A stretch of 64,000 nucleotides of DNA from contig JAJPHT010000015.1 of NCBI GenBank assembly GCA_021325135.1, forward strand, positions 64,001 through 128,000. Direction: 5' to 3'. A program made the translations under genes and the position numbers. Positions 62,419 to 64,000 of the stretch are shown here, piece after piece (within the stretch, counting starts at the first letter, position 1; every line of letters starts with the position of its first letter). Origin of the DNA: Pseudomonadota bacterium (GTDB lineage: Archaea; Thermoplasmatota; SW-10-69-26; JACQPN01; JAJPHT01). Under the pieces are notes generated by a model. That model did not search any database, had not been told where the DNA came from, and saw nothing but the letters and a program-made list of their open reading frames with translations.

Positions 62419-64000
62419 CTACGGGGGCCCCAGCGTGAAGAAGATCGTGGCGCCGCGCCCCGGCTCGCCCTTCGCCCACACGCGTCCGCCGTGGCGCTCC
62501 ACGAGGCGCGCGACGGTGGCGAGCCCCAGCCCGGTCCCCTCGTAGGACGAGCCGTGGAGCCGCTGGAAGGGGCGGAAGAGCCTGCCCGCCTGCGCCATGT
62601 CGAACCCCGCGCCGTTGTCCGCGACCCGGTACACGCGCCCCTCCGGCGTCTCCTGGCTGGCGACCTCGATGCGCGGCTTGGGCGTGGCCTTGGTGAACTT
62701 CCACGCGTTCCCCAGCAGGTTGTCCAGCAGGATGCGCATGGCGCGCGGGTCGGCGTCCGCGGGCAGGGGCTCCTCGATGGCGACCTCCACCTCGCGCGAG
62801 GGATCGGCCGCGCGCAGGCGCGCCACGGACTCGCGCGCGATGGAGGCAAGGTCGACGCGCTCGCGGCGGATCTCCTCCTTCTGCGCGCGCGAGAGCCCCA
62901 GCAGGTCCTCGATGATGCCGCCCATGCGTCGCACGTCCGCCCGCAGGCGCGCCAGGGCGTCGCGCCCCTCCGCGTCCAGGAGCTCGGCGCGCTCCTCCAG
63001 CACCTCGGCGTAGGCGTTCACGCCGCGCAGGGGCGCGCGGAGGTCGTGCGACACGGCGGAGCTGAACGCCTCCAGCTCGCGGTTCGCGGCCTCCAGCGCG
63101 CGGGTGCGCTCGCGCACGCGCGCCTCCAGGTCCGACTTCGCCGCGACGCGCTCGGTCACGTCCGTGCACGTGCCGACCCACTCGCGGACGCGCCCGTCGG
63201 GCTCGCGCACGGGCACGGCGCGCAGCGCGAAGACGCGGTAGACGCCGTCGGCGCGCCGGATGCGCGACTCCACGAGGTAGGGCTCGCCGGCCTCCCGCGC
63301 GCGGGCCCAGGCGCGCTTCGCGGCCTCGCGGTCGTCGGGATGGATCGCGTCGAGCCAGCGGCGCCCCGCGATGGCGTCGGGCGTCATCCCCGTGTACGCC
63401 TCCCACTGGCGCGAGTCCATCACGGTCCCGTCGGGGCCCGCCGTCCAGACGATCTGCGCGATGGCCTCCACCAGGGACGCGAAGCGCTCCTTGCTCTCCC
63501 GCAGCGCGCGCATCGACGCGTACACCGCGCGCAAGGCGCCTTCCGCGTCGGCCCGCGCCGCGCGCTCGGAGGCCAGCGCCCTCGCGTTGCGCGCCGCGAG
63601 CGCCGCCCGCTGCGCCAGCTCCGCCGCGAGCCCCTCCGAGCCGCGGCGCGGCTCCTCCAGCGCGAGGCGGCCCAGGGGGGGCGCGGCGATCTCCAGGGCG
63701 CCCTCGGGCGCGCGCTCGCCGTCGCGCAGCAGGCGCGCCCGCTCCGCGAGGGCGGGCGCCGCAAGGTCCAGGAGCGCCGCGCCGATGGCGGCCTCGTCGG
63801 GCGCCTCGCCGAACGCGGCGCCCGCGCGCGCCAGGAGGCTCGCGCGCAGGTCCGCCGCCTGGGCCAGGAGGCGCCGATCGGTCACGTCGTGCGCGATGCT
63901 GATGGTCATCCCCTCGACGGGCGTCGCGCGCACGACGACCCACCGCACCGGGCCGCCGGGCTTCAGGCGGTACGCGTGAAGCCGCTCCACGGGTCGCCGC
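62419..64000 (-). CDS. PAS/GAF sensor histidine kinase (5' truncated by window)
   Basis: IHPDD PAS, ELEAF...VSHDLRAPLR H-box, NLLGNAWKFT, DNGAGF, GTGLGL. Confidence 0.93.
   Translation of the reverse strand, partial: RRPVERLHAYRLKPGGPVRWVVVRATPVEGMTISIAHDVTDRRLLAQAADLRASLLARAGAAFGEAPDEAAIGAALLDLAAPALAERARLLRDGERAPEGALEIAAPPLGRLALEEPRRGSEGLAAELAQRAALAARNARALASERAARADAEGALRAVYASMRALRESKERFASLVEAIAQIVWTAGPDGTVMDSRQWEAYTGMTPDAIAGRRWLDAIHPDDREAAKRAWARAREAGEPYLVESRIRRADGVYRVFALRAVPVREPDGRVREWVGTCTDVTERVAAKSDLEARVRERTRALEAANRELEAFSSAVSHDLRAPLRGVNAYAEVLEERAELLDAEGRDALARLRADVRRMGGIIEDLLGLSRAQKEEIRRERVDLASIARESVARLRAADPSREVEVAIEEPLPADADPRAMRILLDNLLGNAWKFTKATPKPRIEVASQETPEGRVYRVADNGAGFDMAQAGRLFRPFQRLHGSSYEGTGLGLATVARLVERHGGRVWAKGEPGRGATIFFTLGPP

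Noticed and set aside
1-64000. Numerous long Arg/Ala/Pro-rich ORFs in the track (e.g. 305..2278, 31463..34174, 39311..43183, 39372..42962)
   Set aside because: Shadow ORFs typical of very high GC DNA; they overlap well-supported genes and have no motifs
1-64000. CRISPR array, tRNA, rRNA, integrase or transposase
   Set aside because: No regularly spaced repeats, cloverleaf or rRNA signatures, or recombinase motifs were recognised by eye

Overview
Very GC-rich archaeal chromosome segment, most likely Thermoplasmatota (inferred from aIF-1A–Rio1–KH/Dim2, rpl40e, pelota, Rqc2/NEMF, Tsr3, Taw2, XPD and DUF1628-type pilins). Housekeeping genes alternate with many lineage-specific secreted, Cys-rich or membrane-anchored proteins. 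Best candidate for an undescribed system: a three-gene island at 39354-44232 with two paralogous G8-like/glycine-rich (PE-PGRS-like) secreted proteins, only one carrying an IPTL-CTERM-like sorting signal, followed by an exosortase/archaeosortase with an intact Cys-Arg-His triad. Other notable items: a divergent two-gene secreted cassette present twice (1-1117 and 51014-52360); a 6.4-kb insert splitting the 2-oxoacid dehydrogenase E1 and E2 genes (Fic, tandem proteases, TrmB, tandem pilins, two KGG hydrophilins); two families of REP/MITE-like palindromes, one of which supplies stop codons; an att-like scar at the 3' end of the KH gene; and an XPD helicase with a TFS/RpoM-like zinc ribbon. No tRNA, rRNA, CRISPR array, integrase or transposase was recognised. 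All calls come from motif recognition by eye; no database searches were run, and many start codons were chosen by inspection.
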